Of a stretch of DNA of 64,000 bases, positions 28,255 through 37,849 are shown one piece after another. The notes under the pieces are model-generated. The model did not search any database. It was not told where the DNA came from and saw nothing but the letters and a program-made list of their open reading frames with translations. Origin of the DNA: Nannocystis bainbridge (lineage in GTDB: Bacteria > Myxococcota_A > Polyangia > Nannocystales > Nannocystaceae). The translations under genes were made by a program, and so were the position numbers. The stretch covers positions 1,856,001-1,920,000 of the forward strand of contig NZ_JAQNDL010000003.1 in the NCBI RefSeq assembly GCF_028368995.1. Direction: 5' to 3'. How positions within the stretch are numbered: position 1 is the first letter of the stretch; each line of letters begins with the position of its first letter.

Positions 28255-29610
28255 TCAGCCCCGCGCCGGGGCGGCGCTCACTTCGCGCGCGCAGCGGAAC
28301 CCGCGCCCCTCGCGCTGCCTTCTCTTCTCGCAGCCCCGAGGCAAAAACGGCGGAAACCAGGCGTCGTCCCACCCCGACCCGCGAATCACTACGTTGTCTG
28401 GGCAATCGCTCTCGTCGGACCGTCCGGGCACGTCCGCGTGAATTGCGAGCTCGCCGACGTTGGTCATCATGTCGCATAGCCCCTGCTCTGTATTGTCATC
28501 CGGGAAGCTACAGACGCTCTTCGTGTCCTTCCCCGAGAAGGATTTGGAGCGATCACAAACCAGCTCTCGATCGAGCCCGCCGCCCCAGGAGCAGGCGAAC
28601 TCGGGTTTTCGGCTCCTGGCTGCAAACTCCCACTCGACGTCAGTCGGGAGACGCTTCCCCACCCATTCGCAGTATTTCTTCGCCTCCCAGCCCGCGACGC
28701 AATTCGCCGGGTAATTCTCACGACCCGGCTTCGGCGTGTGCAGGCCTTGAGAGAACTCGACGTTGCACAAATGGCGATTCGCGCTGCTCGGCAACCGAGT
28801 GCCCCCTGAGAGCACGGGTTCGTTACCGCAGAACCCGGCCTTGTAGCACGCGTGGTACTGCTCCGCCGTGACCTCGGTGCGGTCGATGTCAAAGGTCTCG
28901 ACGTCCACCTCGTAGGTCTTGATCTCCGGCCACCCCTCGATGTGCTCGAGGTTTCCGACCTCTGTTTGAAAGTTCGGGTTGTAGTGATCGGGCCCCGGCG
29001 GCCCGATGCGGAAGTGGCCGCCGGCGATCCGCACCATGTCGGGCCCGGGCGCCAGGCTCAGCTCGCGGACGAACGACTTGCCGGCCTCGAACTCGATGTC
29101 CTCCACGAAGCCCCCAAGGCCCTCGGGAGCGACGACCCGCAGGCGCAGCTTGCACGCCGGGATCGCGGTCGGCTGGGCGGCCGCGCCCGGCACCTCCCAG
29201 TCCCCGAGGAATACGGCCGGGTTCGCGGGCTTCCGCTCGGGCGTCCTGGCGATTACGGTCAGCTGCGCGACCTTCAGTCCCGCGAACTGCGGCGCGCTCA
29301 CGGTGGTGAGCGCGCCGGCCGCGGCCTCCACCGTGGCGCTCGCCTTCCCGCACGGGCCGTCGATCTCGAGCGTGTGCTTGCCCGGCGCGACGACGAGCGG
29401 CTCCTGCGACGTCTTCCCCCGCGGCTTGCCGTCGACGCTGACGGCGAGCCCGGGCGGAACGTCGAGCGCCAGGCGGGTCTCGGCGGAGCCCGTCGGCCCG
29501 GCGGTGCCGGACTTCGCCTCACCGGTCGACCCCGCGTCCGAGCGTTGCACGCAACCTCCCAGGGTCAGGAGGGCGAGGAGAATGGGCGTTCGAGCGTTGA
29601 AATCATGCAT
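28255..29610 (-). CDS. Lipoprotein with PEGA-like and FGE-sulfatase (SUMF1) domains; candidate immunity protein
   Basis: Lipobox LGGC; MVRIAGGHFRIG, IDRTEVT, YCEWVGKRLPTDVEWEFAAR, NVGE and GFRCA. Confidence 0.85.
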   Translation of the reverse strand: MHDFNARTPILLALLTLGGCVQRSDAGSTGEAKSGTAGPTGSAETRLALDVPPGLAVSVDGKPRGKTSQEPLVVAPGKHTLEIDGPCGKASATVEAAAGALTTVSAPQFAGLKVAQLTVIARTPERKPANPAVFLGDWEVPGAAAQPTAIPACKLRLRVVAPEGLGGFVEDIEFEAGKSFVRELSLAPGPDMVRIAGGHFRIGPPGPDHYNPNFQTEVGNLEHIEGWPEIKTYEVDVETFDIDRTEVTAEQYHACYKAGFCGNEPVLSGGTRLPSSANRHLCNVEFSQGLHTPKPGRENYPANCVAGWEAKKYCEWVGKRLPTDVEWEFAARSRKPEFACSWGGGLDRELVCDRSKSFSGKDTKSVCSFPDDNTEQGLCDMMTNVGELAIHADVPGRSDESDCPDNVVIRGSGWDDAWFPPFLPRGCEKRRQREGRGFRCAREVSAAPARG

Positions 29611-29684
29611 GCCTGACCTCCTGGTGCGTCGTGCGCGGGATGGATCGCTTGTGTCGATCGCCAGAACCGGAAATAGTGGCCGCG

Positions 29685-29843
29685 ATGCCGGAGCCGCAAG
29701 ACGCAGAGCCCAGCGAAGATTCGCACGAGCCCGAGCCCACGGAACCCCGGCTCATCGGGACCTTCGCGGCAGCCCGCTCGGACCGCGAGCGGGAAACGTT
29801 CAACACGCTCGAGGTCGGGCCGCGCTGGACGTTCTCTTCCTGA
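29685..29843 (+). CDS. Possible small acidic hypothetical protein
   Basis: 52-codon ORF filling the gap on the opposite strand to its neighbours. Confidence 0.25.
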   Translation: MPEPQDAEPSEDSHEPEPTEPRLIGTFAAARSDRERETFNTLEVGPRWTFSS

Positions 29844-29850
29844 CCTCGCT

Positions 29851-30474
29851 TCAGCACCCGTGGGCCTCCTGCAGGGCGGCGATCGTCGGCCCGTCCAGCG
29901 CCCCCGTCACCTCGAGGCCGCGCAACGCCTGAAACCGGCGCAGGGCCCGCTGGAAGCCATCGTCCGGCGTCGAGGGCTCAGCGCCGTACAGGCCGAGGCT
30001 TCGCAGGCGCTGGGCGGCGCCTCGCCAGTGGTCCGCGGGTTCGAGGTGCCCCACCTTGAACTCGTACTTCTCGCCACGCTCCGGGAGCACCAGCGTCGCC
30101 CACGTCACGTCAGCCGGGAGCGCGACCTCGAGGCGTCCCTCGTCGTCCGCCGTGCCCTCGAGCGTCAGGCCGCCCATCGTAAGCGCATAGGGCTCGCTCG
30201 CCAGGGGGTTGCCGTTGCGCTGGAGTCGCAGGCGAAACATCGCCCTGGGACGCTTCACGCGGAAGCAGTGCGCGCCGTCGACTCCGACCTCGAAGGTGCG
30301 CGGACCTGGCTCGGGCAGCGAGACCTCGTCGCCGGGCGCGAGGACGTTGGGATCGCGCCTGGCCTCTCGCAGGGGGTCGTTGCCCGGGTCGTTCCAGATC
30401 CTGTCGAGAGGAAGCCAGGTGCGCTCGGCGAGGGAGCTGATGCACTCGCCTGGCTTGATCTTGTGGGTCGGCAT
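29851..30474 (-). CDS. LysM + beta-sandwich + peptidoglycan-binding domain protein
   Basis: HKIKPGECISSLA...PNVLAPGD (LysM); ALRRFQALRGLEVTGALD (PG_binding_1). Confidence 0.8.
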   Translation of the reverse strand: MPTHKIKPGECISSLAERTWLPLDRIWNDPGNDPLREARRDPNVLAPGDEVSLPEPGPRTFEVGVDGAHCFRVKRPRAMFRLRLQRNGNPLASEPYALTMGGLTLEGTADDEGRLEVALPADVTWATLVLPERGEKYEFKVGHLEPADHWRGAAQRLRSLGLYGAEPSTPDDGFQRALRRFQALRGLEVTGALDGPTIAALQEAHGC

Positions 30475-30492
30475 GAGTGAATGCTCGGGTGG

Positions 30493-31095
30493 TCATCCAG
30501 CGACAGCGGCGTCACGCGGGCCCGGCCTCGCCACCAGCTCGCAGACGCTGCCGTCGAGGTCCGGAAAGGACACACGGCAGATACCGGCCGGAAGACGAGT
30601 GATTCGCGCCGATCCGAGCGAATCGGTGTAGCCGCGATGCTGTTGCCCGCCGGGGTCGATGATGAGATAGCGCTGACCGGGGATCACCGCATCGTCGTCA
30701 TCGACGAGGCGGATCTCGATCCAGTGGGTCGCGTCGACGGACGGCTCCAGCAAGCGATCGTCGTCATCGTTTTCCGGTCGCTCTGCGCGCCGCACCGACG
30801 AACAACCCCACTGCCGCGGCGGGTCGACACGGACCAGGACGAGCCGACCGGAGTCGATGGCCGCGACGAGCCGCGCGACCACCTCGCGGTCTCCTCGCGG
30901 CGACGCCACGGACGCGAACTCAGCGGCGAGGAGGCGCAGCGTCCTCGCGTCGAGCGCGTCAGCGAAAAGCGGCGCGAGCAGAGCCGACGCTCGCGGACCA
31001 CGGGCCGTAAGGCGCGGCGCGTCCGCAGGGACCGCACTCGCAGCCACGAGCATGAAGCTCTCGCCTTGGCTGCGGAACGGTCGGTGAAGCGGCAT
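30493..31095 (-). CDS. VgrG-associated protein with C-terminal transthyretin-like beta domain
   Basis: HWIEIRLVD..IPGQRY....G..HRGYTD..G.ARI..LPAGICRVSFPDLD; directly downstream of vgrG. Start uncertain. Confidence 0.65.
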   Translation of the reverse strand: MPLHRPFRSQGESFMLVAASAVPADAPRLTARGPRASALLAPLFADALDARTLRLLAAEFASVASPRGDREVVARLVAAIDSGRLVLVRVDPPRQWGCSSVRRAERPENDDDDRLLEPSVDATHWIEIRLVDDDDAVIPGQRYLIIDPGGQQHRGYTDSLGSARITRLPAGICRVSFPDLDGSVCELVARPGPRDAAVAG

Positions 31096-31224
31096 ATCGT
31101 GAAGCTAGCGGGTTCTGACGGGTGTGCCAAGCGGCGGAGCGCGCCGCCGCACGCGAGCTCGGGACGAGCATCGGGGCGGAAGAAAACGCGGCTTGTCTGG
31201 GTTCGCGCTCACCGCCCCGGCCTC

Positions 31225-33447
31225 TCAGTTGAGCTTGATCTTCGACCCCTTGATCGCGACCTCGCCGCTCGCCTTGACGCTCAGCTTCTTGGCCTGGATC
31301 GTGACCTCGCCGTTCTTCTTCATCGTGATCGTCGCGTCGCCGCACTGCAGTACGAGCTTGTCGGCGGCGACGACCGCCGCGTTCTTGCCCGAGGCGAGGT
31401 TGATGTTCTGGCCCGCGGTGACGTTGACGTGCTTGCCGGCGCTGAGCGCGATGTTCTCGCCCGCGCTCTCGGTGATGTTCTCGACCGCGCTGACGCTCTT
31501 GCCGCCGCCGACCTGCTCGGAGCTGTCCTTTCCGACAGCCACGAACTTGATGAGGCCGACTTCCTCCAGCTTGGCCAGGCCGACCGACTCGTTCATCGCG
31601 CCGATGACCGAGATCTGGTACGCCCCTCCGACCTCGAGCACGCTGGCGAGCGCGACCGACTCGTGCTTGGTCGCGCCGATCGTCTCGGTCGAGCTGCCCG
31701 CGACGGCATGAGACGCGTCGCCGCCGACGCTCTCGATCAGGTTGGCGCCGACCGACAGGTTCATGGTCCGGCCAATCGCCTCCGTGTGATCGTTGCCGAC
31801 GCGGACCCGCTTGTCCTTGGCGATCGACTCCTCGTGATCGCCGCCGATCACCTCGCTGCGGTCGTGGCCGACCTGGAGCGCGACGTCGTGGCCGATCTGC
31901 TGCGACTTGTCGTGCTCGACGACGATGTTCCAGTCCTTCTGGCCGTGGAGGTAGATTTCCTCTCTCCCCTTGGCGTCCTCGAAGCGGAGCTCGTTCGACC
32001 CGCCGCCGCCAGGCGTGGACTCGGACTTGATCCCGCTCTTGGTCTTCTCATCCGGCAGGGAGTACGGCGGGGTGTTGAACCCGGTGTAGACGCGACCGGT
32101 AATGAGCGGACGGTTGGGGTCGCCCTCGAGGAACTCGACGACCACCTCGTGCCCGATCCGTGGGATGAACATCGCCCCGAAGCCGCTGCCGGCCCAGGCC
32201 TGACTGACGCGGACCCAGCACGAACTGCCCTCGTCGTGTGCACCGCGGCGGTCCCAGTGGAACTGGACCTTCACGCGGCCGTGCTCGTCGACGAACACCT
32301 CCTCGCCGCCCGGACCGACCACGGTCGCCGTCTGCGCCCCGTGGACGACGGGGCTCGGCGTGACCCGTGGCGCCCGATACGGGATCCGCTTGTCGGCGCA
32401 CTCGAACTGGTTGCCGTAATGAAAATGGCCGGCCGCGCCCTCGTCGAGCGCCTGGGGCTGCTCACCGCGGTGGACGACGCCGATGATTCGGTAGTCGCCC
32501 TCGAGGTGCGTTCGAGTGGCGTCCGCCAGCGTGAACGCGAGCCCTGGCGTCAATCGTGGGCTGTCGCTGGTGCCGCTCCCGCGCCTGCGGGTCGCCTGCA
32601 GCGCCTCGAGGCGGAGACGCGCCTGCTGGTCGCCCTTGTGCGGAGCGTCCTTGCCGAGCTCGGTGAAGGCGCCCGGGTACTCGTAGATCTCACTGTCCGC
32701 ACCGGCTCCCGCGGTCGCCTCCATCGGCTGTCCGGGTTGGTGCAGGCTCTTGTCGCGCACCGTCACCCGCCGGGGGCGAACGCTCTCCGTCAGGCGGAAC
32801 TGAAGAATACGCTCCTGCTCGTCCTCGGCGGTAAGGCGCAACGTGGCGTCGCCCGGGATGGGAGCGGCGAAGTCACCGTGGTCCGTCATCGTCACGACGT
32901 GCTTGTCTTCGCGGTGCTCGAAATAATAGAAGATCCCCGACTGCTCCATCAGCCGGCTGATGAAATCGAAGTCGCTCTCGCGGTATTGAGCGCAGTAGCC
33001 ATGAGGGACGTAGTTGGCCCGCAGGTCGAAGCGAAAGTCGGAGCGAGCGATCCCAGCGGTCTCGAGCACCTTCGCAAGGATCTGCGGCGTCGTGAGCTCC
33101 TGAAAGATCCGGCAGCCGACGCGCTGGAGCAGGCGCCAGATCGCAGGCACGAGCTTCAACTCGCAGAGGGTATAGCTCGACGACTCGCCGATATACCCGG
33201 CCTCACAGATGAACGCATGAATGTGGCGCGTCGCGTGCAGTCCTTCGATCGACAAGACCGCGAAACGACCAGCCAGGGCGTCGAGCGGCAGCGTCGGCGA
33301 GGCGATCTCGACGACAAACTCGAACAGCGAGGAGATAGCTTCATGTCCGCTGAAGCGAACGACGCGCAGCTCCTCGTCGCAGCCCTTGACCGTGAGTGTG
33401 AACATCGCCCGATTGCCCAATAACGACGATGGCCTGGCCGAAGACAC
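31225..33447 (-). CDS. vgrG: Type VI secretion spike protein VgrG
   Basis: RIFQ, QYRESDFDFISRL, GRVKVQFHWDR, WVRVSQAWAG, IPRIGHEVVVEFLEGDPNRP, NELRFED and a gp5 beta-helix C-terminus. Start may be ATG 33405. Confidence 0.95.
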   Translation of the reverse strand: MSSARPSSLLGNRAMFTLTVKGCDEELRVVRFSGHEAISSLFEFVVEIASPTLPLDALAGRFAVLSIEGLHATRHIHAFICEAGYIGESSSYTLCELKLVPAIWRLLQRVGCRIFQELTTPQILAKVLETAGIARSDFRFDLRANYVPHGYCAQYRESDFDFISRLMEQSGIFYYFEHREDKHVVTMTDHGDFAAPIPGDATLRLTAEDEQERILQFRLTESVRPRRVTVRDKSLHQPGQPMEATAGAGADSEIYEYPGAFTELGKDAPHKGDQQARLRLEALQATRRRGSGTSDSPRLTPGLAFTLADATRTHLEGDYRIIGVVHRGEQPQALDEGAAGHFHYGNQFECADKRIPYRAPRVTPSPVVHGAQTATVVGPGGEEVFVDEHGRVKVQFHWDRRGAHDEGSSCWVRVSQAWAGSGFGAMFIPRIGHEVVVEFLEGDPNRPLITGRVYTGFNTPPYSLPDEKTKSGIKSESTPGGGGSNELRFEDAKGREEIYLHGQKDWNIVVEHDKSQQIGHDVALQVGHDRSEVIGGDHEESIAKDKRVRVGNDHTEAIGRTMNLSVGANLIESVGGDASHAVAGSSTETIGATKHESVALASVLEVGGAYQISVIGAMNESVGLAKLEEVGLIKFVAVGKDSSEQVGGGKSVSAVENITESAGENIALSAGKHVNVTAGQNINLASGKNAAVVAADKLVLQCGDATITMKKNGEVTIQAKKLSVKASGEVAIKGSKIKLN

Positions 33448-33742
33448 GGTGTTGGGGCCATATCACGCACCTTGCGGACGGGACAAGCGTCTGTGTGGGC
33501 TCGCTATCGCGCAGGCTGTCACGAGCGGTCATATAGGCAGGAAGATCGGGCGCATGGGAGTTCGCTGGCGCTGTCCGGGGACCCGCAGTTGGCCATCGAA
33601 CATGGCTGCCTGGCCCTTGCGCCCTTTCGCGCTCAGAGCGTTCCAAAGATCGTTCGCGGAAGTGAGAGTCGGTCGGCCACGGGCCCGAGGGCCGCCTCCC
33701 GGGCTCCTTTACGGGGCGTGGCCTCACGGTTAGCCTCCTCAG

Positions 33743-35407
33743 GTGAAGTTCACCGAGGAGCAGCTCGACGAGGTCGAGCCGACGGAGGCGCACGAGACCT
33801 CCACCGTGCACCAACCGTCGCGGGCGGATACACGGGCCGGGCTCCTGATCGCCGAGCGCTACCGAATCATGGAGCGCCTGGGCAAGGGTGGAATGGCGGC
33901 TGTGTATCGTGCTGTCGACCGCGAGTCGGGCGTGGAGTACGCGGTAAAATTCCTCGACCGTCGATTCACGGCCGACCCCGGCATGGGGCGACGCTGTCAG
34001 CGCGAAGCGCGGACCATGGCTGAGATCGAGAGTCGCCACGTGCCTCGTGCCTTCGTGGTCGGGACTACGCCGGATAACGAAATCTACTTCGTGTTGGAGT
34101 TCCTGCGCGGGAGCGATCTCGAGCAAGTGCTCATGCGCCAGGGCCCACTTCCGTGGCGCCGGGCCGCGGCGATCGGACTCCAGCTGTGCGAGGCTTTGGC
34201 GGCGGCTCATGCCCGCAACATTATCCACCGCGACGTCAAGCCGTCGAACTGCTTCCTCGTCGAAGGCGGTGACGCAGCCGACGATTTCGTGAAGTTGATC
34301 GACTTCGGGATCGCCAAGGACCTCGACGCGAGCGGCGAGCAGACCGGCCTCGGGCTGGTACTCGGGACGCCGGGTTACGTGGCTCCTGAGCTGCTCGCAG
34401 GCGAGGCGCGGCCATCGCCGGGGACCGATGTGTATGGCCTCGGCGTGACGATCTACAAGTTGATGACCGGACGGCTACCCTGGCAGCCGGGTAGCGCGGG
34501 CGATGTGACGTTTGCGCAGATGCACGAGTCGCCGCGGCCGCTCCACGAGCACGTGCGCGGGGCGCTGCCGCCGCCGGTCGAGGCGGCGGTGATGCAGGCG
34601 TTCGAGCGCGATCCGTCGCGGCGCTTCCGCTCGGTCGACGAGGTGATGGCTGCCCTGCGGCTGGCGCTCGATGAGCCGCGCGCGGTGCCGCCGAGCGGCT
34701 CGGTGCTGCGGGAGGCGCCGGTGCCGGTGTCTGCGCCAGCGCCTGGGTGGCGTCGTGAGACGGCGATCGTGATGGTGACGGCTGCGGCGCTGTTCGGAGG
34801 GGCGTGGTCCCTGGCGCCGACGGAGAAGCCGGGACATGGCGGATCTGGTCGGGTGCTGCTGTCCGCCGTGCGGCCGACGCCGACGCACCAGTTGCTCGTG
34901 CGCGAGGCGACAATCGCCGGGGACAGAATGCGCAAGCCTGTGGTGAACGCGGCGGATGAGGCGGCGCGTGGTGAGGTGGAGCGCGTCGAGGCCCCGGGCG
35001 AAGGTCTGGCGCGTGAAGCTCCGCCAGCGCCGGTGGCGGAGGTCGCGGCTCCGGCTGCTTCGCCGCCCCAAGAGCCGGCGCAGGTGCCGGCGCGGCCTTT
35101 CTCGGCCAGCAAGGTGCGAGCGCAGCTCGATCGGCGCCTCGCTGATCTGCGGGTGTGCGCGATGCCGGGCACGGACCGACTGCGCTTCACGTTAAAAGTG
35201 AGTCCGGAAGGGTCGGTCCACGAGGTGCAGGCGTCGCCGGCGTCGTATCGTCAGTGCGTGCTCGATCAGCTCGCCGGTGCGGTGTTCCTGGCGACCGATG
35301 ACGGCGGAGAGCTGACGTACACGTTCACGGCCAAGGACGCGCCGAAGAGCAAGAATCCGTCGAAGGGCGATCCGACGGACGACCTCCTGCCGGTGGGGCA
35401 AAAGTGA
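33743..35407 (+). CDS. Membrane Ser/Thr protein kinase with C-terminal AgmX/TonB-C-like domain
   Basis: GKGGMA, AVK, HRDVKPSN, DFG, GTPGYVAPE; hydrophobic segment; Cys-pair C-terminal domain. Confidence 0.9.
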   Translation: MKFTEEQLDEVEPTEAHETSTVHQPSRADTRAGLLIAERYRIMERLGKGGMAAVYRAVDRESGVEYAVKFLDRRFTADPGMGRRCQREARTMAEIESRHVPRAFVVGTTPDNEIYFVLEFLRGSDLEQVLMRQGPLPWRRAAAIGLQLCEALAAAHARNIIHRDVKPSNCFLVEGGDAADDFVKLIDFGIAKDLDASGEQTGLGLVLGTPGYVAPELLAGEARPSPGTDVYGLGVTIYKLMTGRLPWQPGSAGDVTFAQMHESPRPLHEHVRGALPPPVEAAVMQAFERDPSRRFRSVDEVMAALRLALDEPRAVPPSGSVLREAPVPVSAPAPGWRRETAIVMVTAAALFGGAWSLAPTEKPGHGGSGRVLLSAVRPTPTHQLLVREATIAGDRMRKPVVNAADEAARGEVERVEAPGEGLAREAPPAPVAEVAAPAASPPQEPAQVPARPFSASKVRAQLDRRLADLRVCAMPGTDRLRFTLKVSPEGSVHEVQASPASYRQCVLDQLAGAVFLATDDGGELTYTFTAKDAPKSKNPSKGDPTDDLLPVGQK

Positions 35408-36669
35408 CGGCGCCGACGATGGTCGCTCCTCCCGAGCTCCCTCGACGGGTCCGCATCGGGGCGGGTTTAACGCTCATTTCCGGGGTCGTCGGGCTCGGCG
35501 TCAGCGCGTGGCTCGTTCGGCTCAAGTTCGGCGCCGACTACCTGTGCGACGCGAGCGGATGCACCGGCGGCGACGACGGGCCGTCATGCACCGAGGCGCT
35601 GAGTAGCGCGTGGTCGGAGCTGCTCGGGCTGCCGCTCGGAGTGTGGTCGATCGGACATGTTCTCACGACCATGGTGCTCGCGGCGGCTCTGCTGCGCGGG
35701 CGCGGTCCGCTGGCCGAGGTCGCTCCACGCGGGCTGCTGGGGCTCGGCGCGTTCGGGATCACGGCGTCGGCGGTGCTGGGGACCTATGCGTTCACCCAGT
35801 TCACGCACATGTGCCCGTTCTGCATGACGCTGTACGCGACGTTGACGTGTGCGTTCGTCGGCGCGTGGCTGGTTCATGGGACTTCGACCGCGAGCGCCGG
35901 CGGGCCGCGGATCCGCGGGACGTTCTGGGCGACGATGATCTGGGTGCTGACGACCGGCGGGCTCGCGGTCGGCTATCAGCTCGCGGCGCGCAGGGCGAGC
36001 TGCCCGCCCCCGCCGCCCAATCCGCCGCCGGTCACGCTCGCAGCGACGGTCGACGCGCCGCGCACCGCGGTGATGCTGTTCGTCGACCCGACATGCCCCC
36101 TATGTCGGCGAGAGCTGCACTACTTGCAGCAATCGCTGCCGCGGTTGCGCGCGCACGGGGCCGAGCTGTGGGTGTACATGTTCCCACGCGCGAGCTGTGA
36201 CGAGCGGTTCCTGCCGTCGCACGAGTTCGTCGACACCGAGGGAAGGCCGCAGGCGCACGGCGAGGCGCGCGGGAACAACGCGTGCCTCGGGGCGCTGGCG
36301 GCGTTGTGCGCGGAGCAGCTGGCTCCCGGGCGTGGGCTCGAGGCGCTCGCGGCGCTGTTCGACCTGCAGGACACGGAGGCGCCGCGGTTCACGATCGAGA
36401 AGGTGGAGCGAGCGCTCGGCGAGGTCACGGAGACGCTGGGGCCGGGCGGGAAGCTGCGCACGTGCGTCGACGGTGAGGATGCGGCGGCGACGCTGGCGGC
36501 CCAGCAGCGCTACTTGCTCTCGTGGGTGAAGGCGCGAGGCGGACGGGTGAGCGTTCCGCAGGCGTTCGTGGTCCCCATCGTCGATGAGGCGCTGCACCTC
36601 GACGACGCGATGCCGGCGACGAGCGCAGGGAAGCTCCTCAAGCTCGTCGAAGCGCCTGGATCGAAGTGA
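35404..36669 (+). CDS. VKOR-family protein fused to DsbA-like thioredoxin domain
   Basis: Loop cysteines, S.WSELLGLP and CPFC in the membrane domain; DPTCPLC and VSVP in the soluble domain. Confidence 0.85.
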   Translation: MTAPTMVAPPELPRRVRIGAGLTLISGVVGLGVSAWLVRLKFGADYLCDASGCTGGDDGPSCTEALSSAWSELLGLPLGVWSIGHVLTTMVLAAALLRGRGPLAEVAPRGLLGLGAFGITASAVLGTYAFTQFTHMCPFCMTLYATLTCAFVGAWLVHGTSTASAGGPRIRGTFWATMIWVLTTGGLAVGYQLAARRASCPPPPPNPPPVTLAATVDAPRTAVMLFVDPTCPLCRRELHYLQQSLPRLRAHGAELWVYMFPRASCDERFLPSHEFVDTEGRPQAHGEARGNNACLGALAALCAEQLAPGRGLEALAALFDLQDTEAPRFTIEKVERALGEVTETLGPGGKLRTCVDGEDAAATLAAQQRYLLSWVKARGGRVSVPQAFVVPIVDEALHLDDAMPATSAGKLLKLVEAPGSK

Positions 36670-37691
36670 GGATGACGATGTCGATCGATCTGACGACCAG
36701 GGCCTTGATCGTGCTGACGACTGCGATCTGGGTGATGGTGTTGCTCGTGCTCTATCCGGTATTCTTTCTGCCGACGATGGTCGTCGACGAGGGCGAAGGA
36801 GCGCGGGTTTGCGATCCGCGCCGGCCGGACGAGGAGCAATGTCCCGAGGGGCAGTGGTGTGTTCATGGACAGTGCACGCCTCACGAAGAGCCGCAGGTGG
36901 CGCAGCGAGGCGAGCAGTGCCGCGATTGTCCGTGCGACGTCGGTTTGCAGTGCGGCGCGGATCTTCGCTGCCGGCCGCGCAACGAGACGGAGGCGCCCGC
37001 GCCGACGTGCGGCGATCCGGCCGTCGAGGCGGCGGTCGCGCGACTGACGCAAACGTGCCTGCAGCGCCGGCACAGTGTGCAGGACCAGGTCGAGGGCGGA
37101 CAGGGATGCAGCGCCGACGAATGGCGGGCGCTGCTCGCCGACGACGAGCAGATGAACACGCTGTTGGCTGCGTTCCCGGATCGGCTGGCGATGTTCTTCC
37201 CGTCGGGTGAACCGCGCGCCCGACAGGCGTGGCCCGATCCCCAGACGCGGGCGCACATGGCCGGCGAGCTGGCGCGCCACGCCGAGGCGCTGCGCGAGGC
37301 GAAGATGTTGTTCGTGCTCGGCCGCGCGAGCCCCGACGGCAACCCGGCCGACGACTACGCACTCGCTCTGCGGCGGATCAATGCGGTCGAGCGGCTGATC
37401 GACGTCGCGCTCGGTCGCGAGAAGCCGAGCGAGCGCAGTGCCGGCCCGATGCTCATCGGCTCGGGCGCGCCTAGCGATCGGCCGGTCGCGCTCGAGGCGT
37501 TCGTTCATAACTATGCGGGGACGCAGGCGCCGATCGCTACTTCCCGGGCGGAGAGCGAGCGCCTCGCCGCCGCGTTCGCGGCGATCCGCGCCGGCGAACC
37601 GGTGCCGGGCCGACGCTCGCTCGAGCGCGATGTCAACCGCGTGGTCCTGGTGATCCCGGTGCCGTGCGACGGCACGAAGGAGGCCCGATGA
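36666..37691 (+). CDS. Membrane-anchored Cys-rich OmpA-C-like protein
   Basis: N-terminal TM, Cys-rich region, then FF.SG...VLGRASPDG....YALALRR..AV...NRVV pattern. Confidence 0.7.
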   Translation: MRMTMSIDLTTRALIVLTTAIWVMVLLVLYPVFFLPTMVVDEGEGARVCDPRRPDEEQCPEGQWCVHGQCTPHEEPQVAQRGEQCRDCPCDVGLQCGADLRCRPRNETEAPAPTCGDPAVEAAVARLTQTCLQRRHSVQDQVEGGQGCSADEWRALLADDEQMNTLLAAFPDRLAMFFPSGEPRARQAWPDPQTRAHMAGELARHAEALREAKMLFVLGRASPDGNPADDYALALRRINAVERLIDVALGREKPSERSAGPMLIGSGAPSDRPVALEAFVHNYAGTQAPIATSRAESERLAAAFAAIRAGEPVPGRRSLERDVNRVVLVIPVPCDGTKEAR

Positions 37692-37849
37692 CGGCTCGAG
37701 CGGCTCGACGTGTGTTGTTGGCGGCAGCGCTCGCGGCGACGGTGGCGGTGTTCGCCGCAGCCGTCGGCATCTGGCATCTCAGGCAGCTCGAGGACAGGTT
37801 CTCGGGGACACGCCGCGCGTGCGAGTGCTGTGAGGAGTCGGAGCGGTGA
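37688..37849 (+). CDS. Small membrane peptide with CxCC tail
   Basis: ATGA and GTGA overlaps with both neighbours; one TM; CECC. Confidence 0.55.
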   Translation: MTARAARRVLLAAALAATVAVFAAAVGIWHLRQLEDRFSGTRRACECCEESER

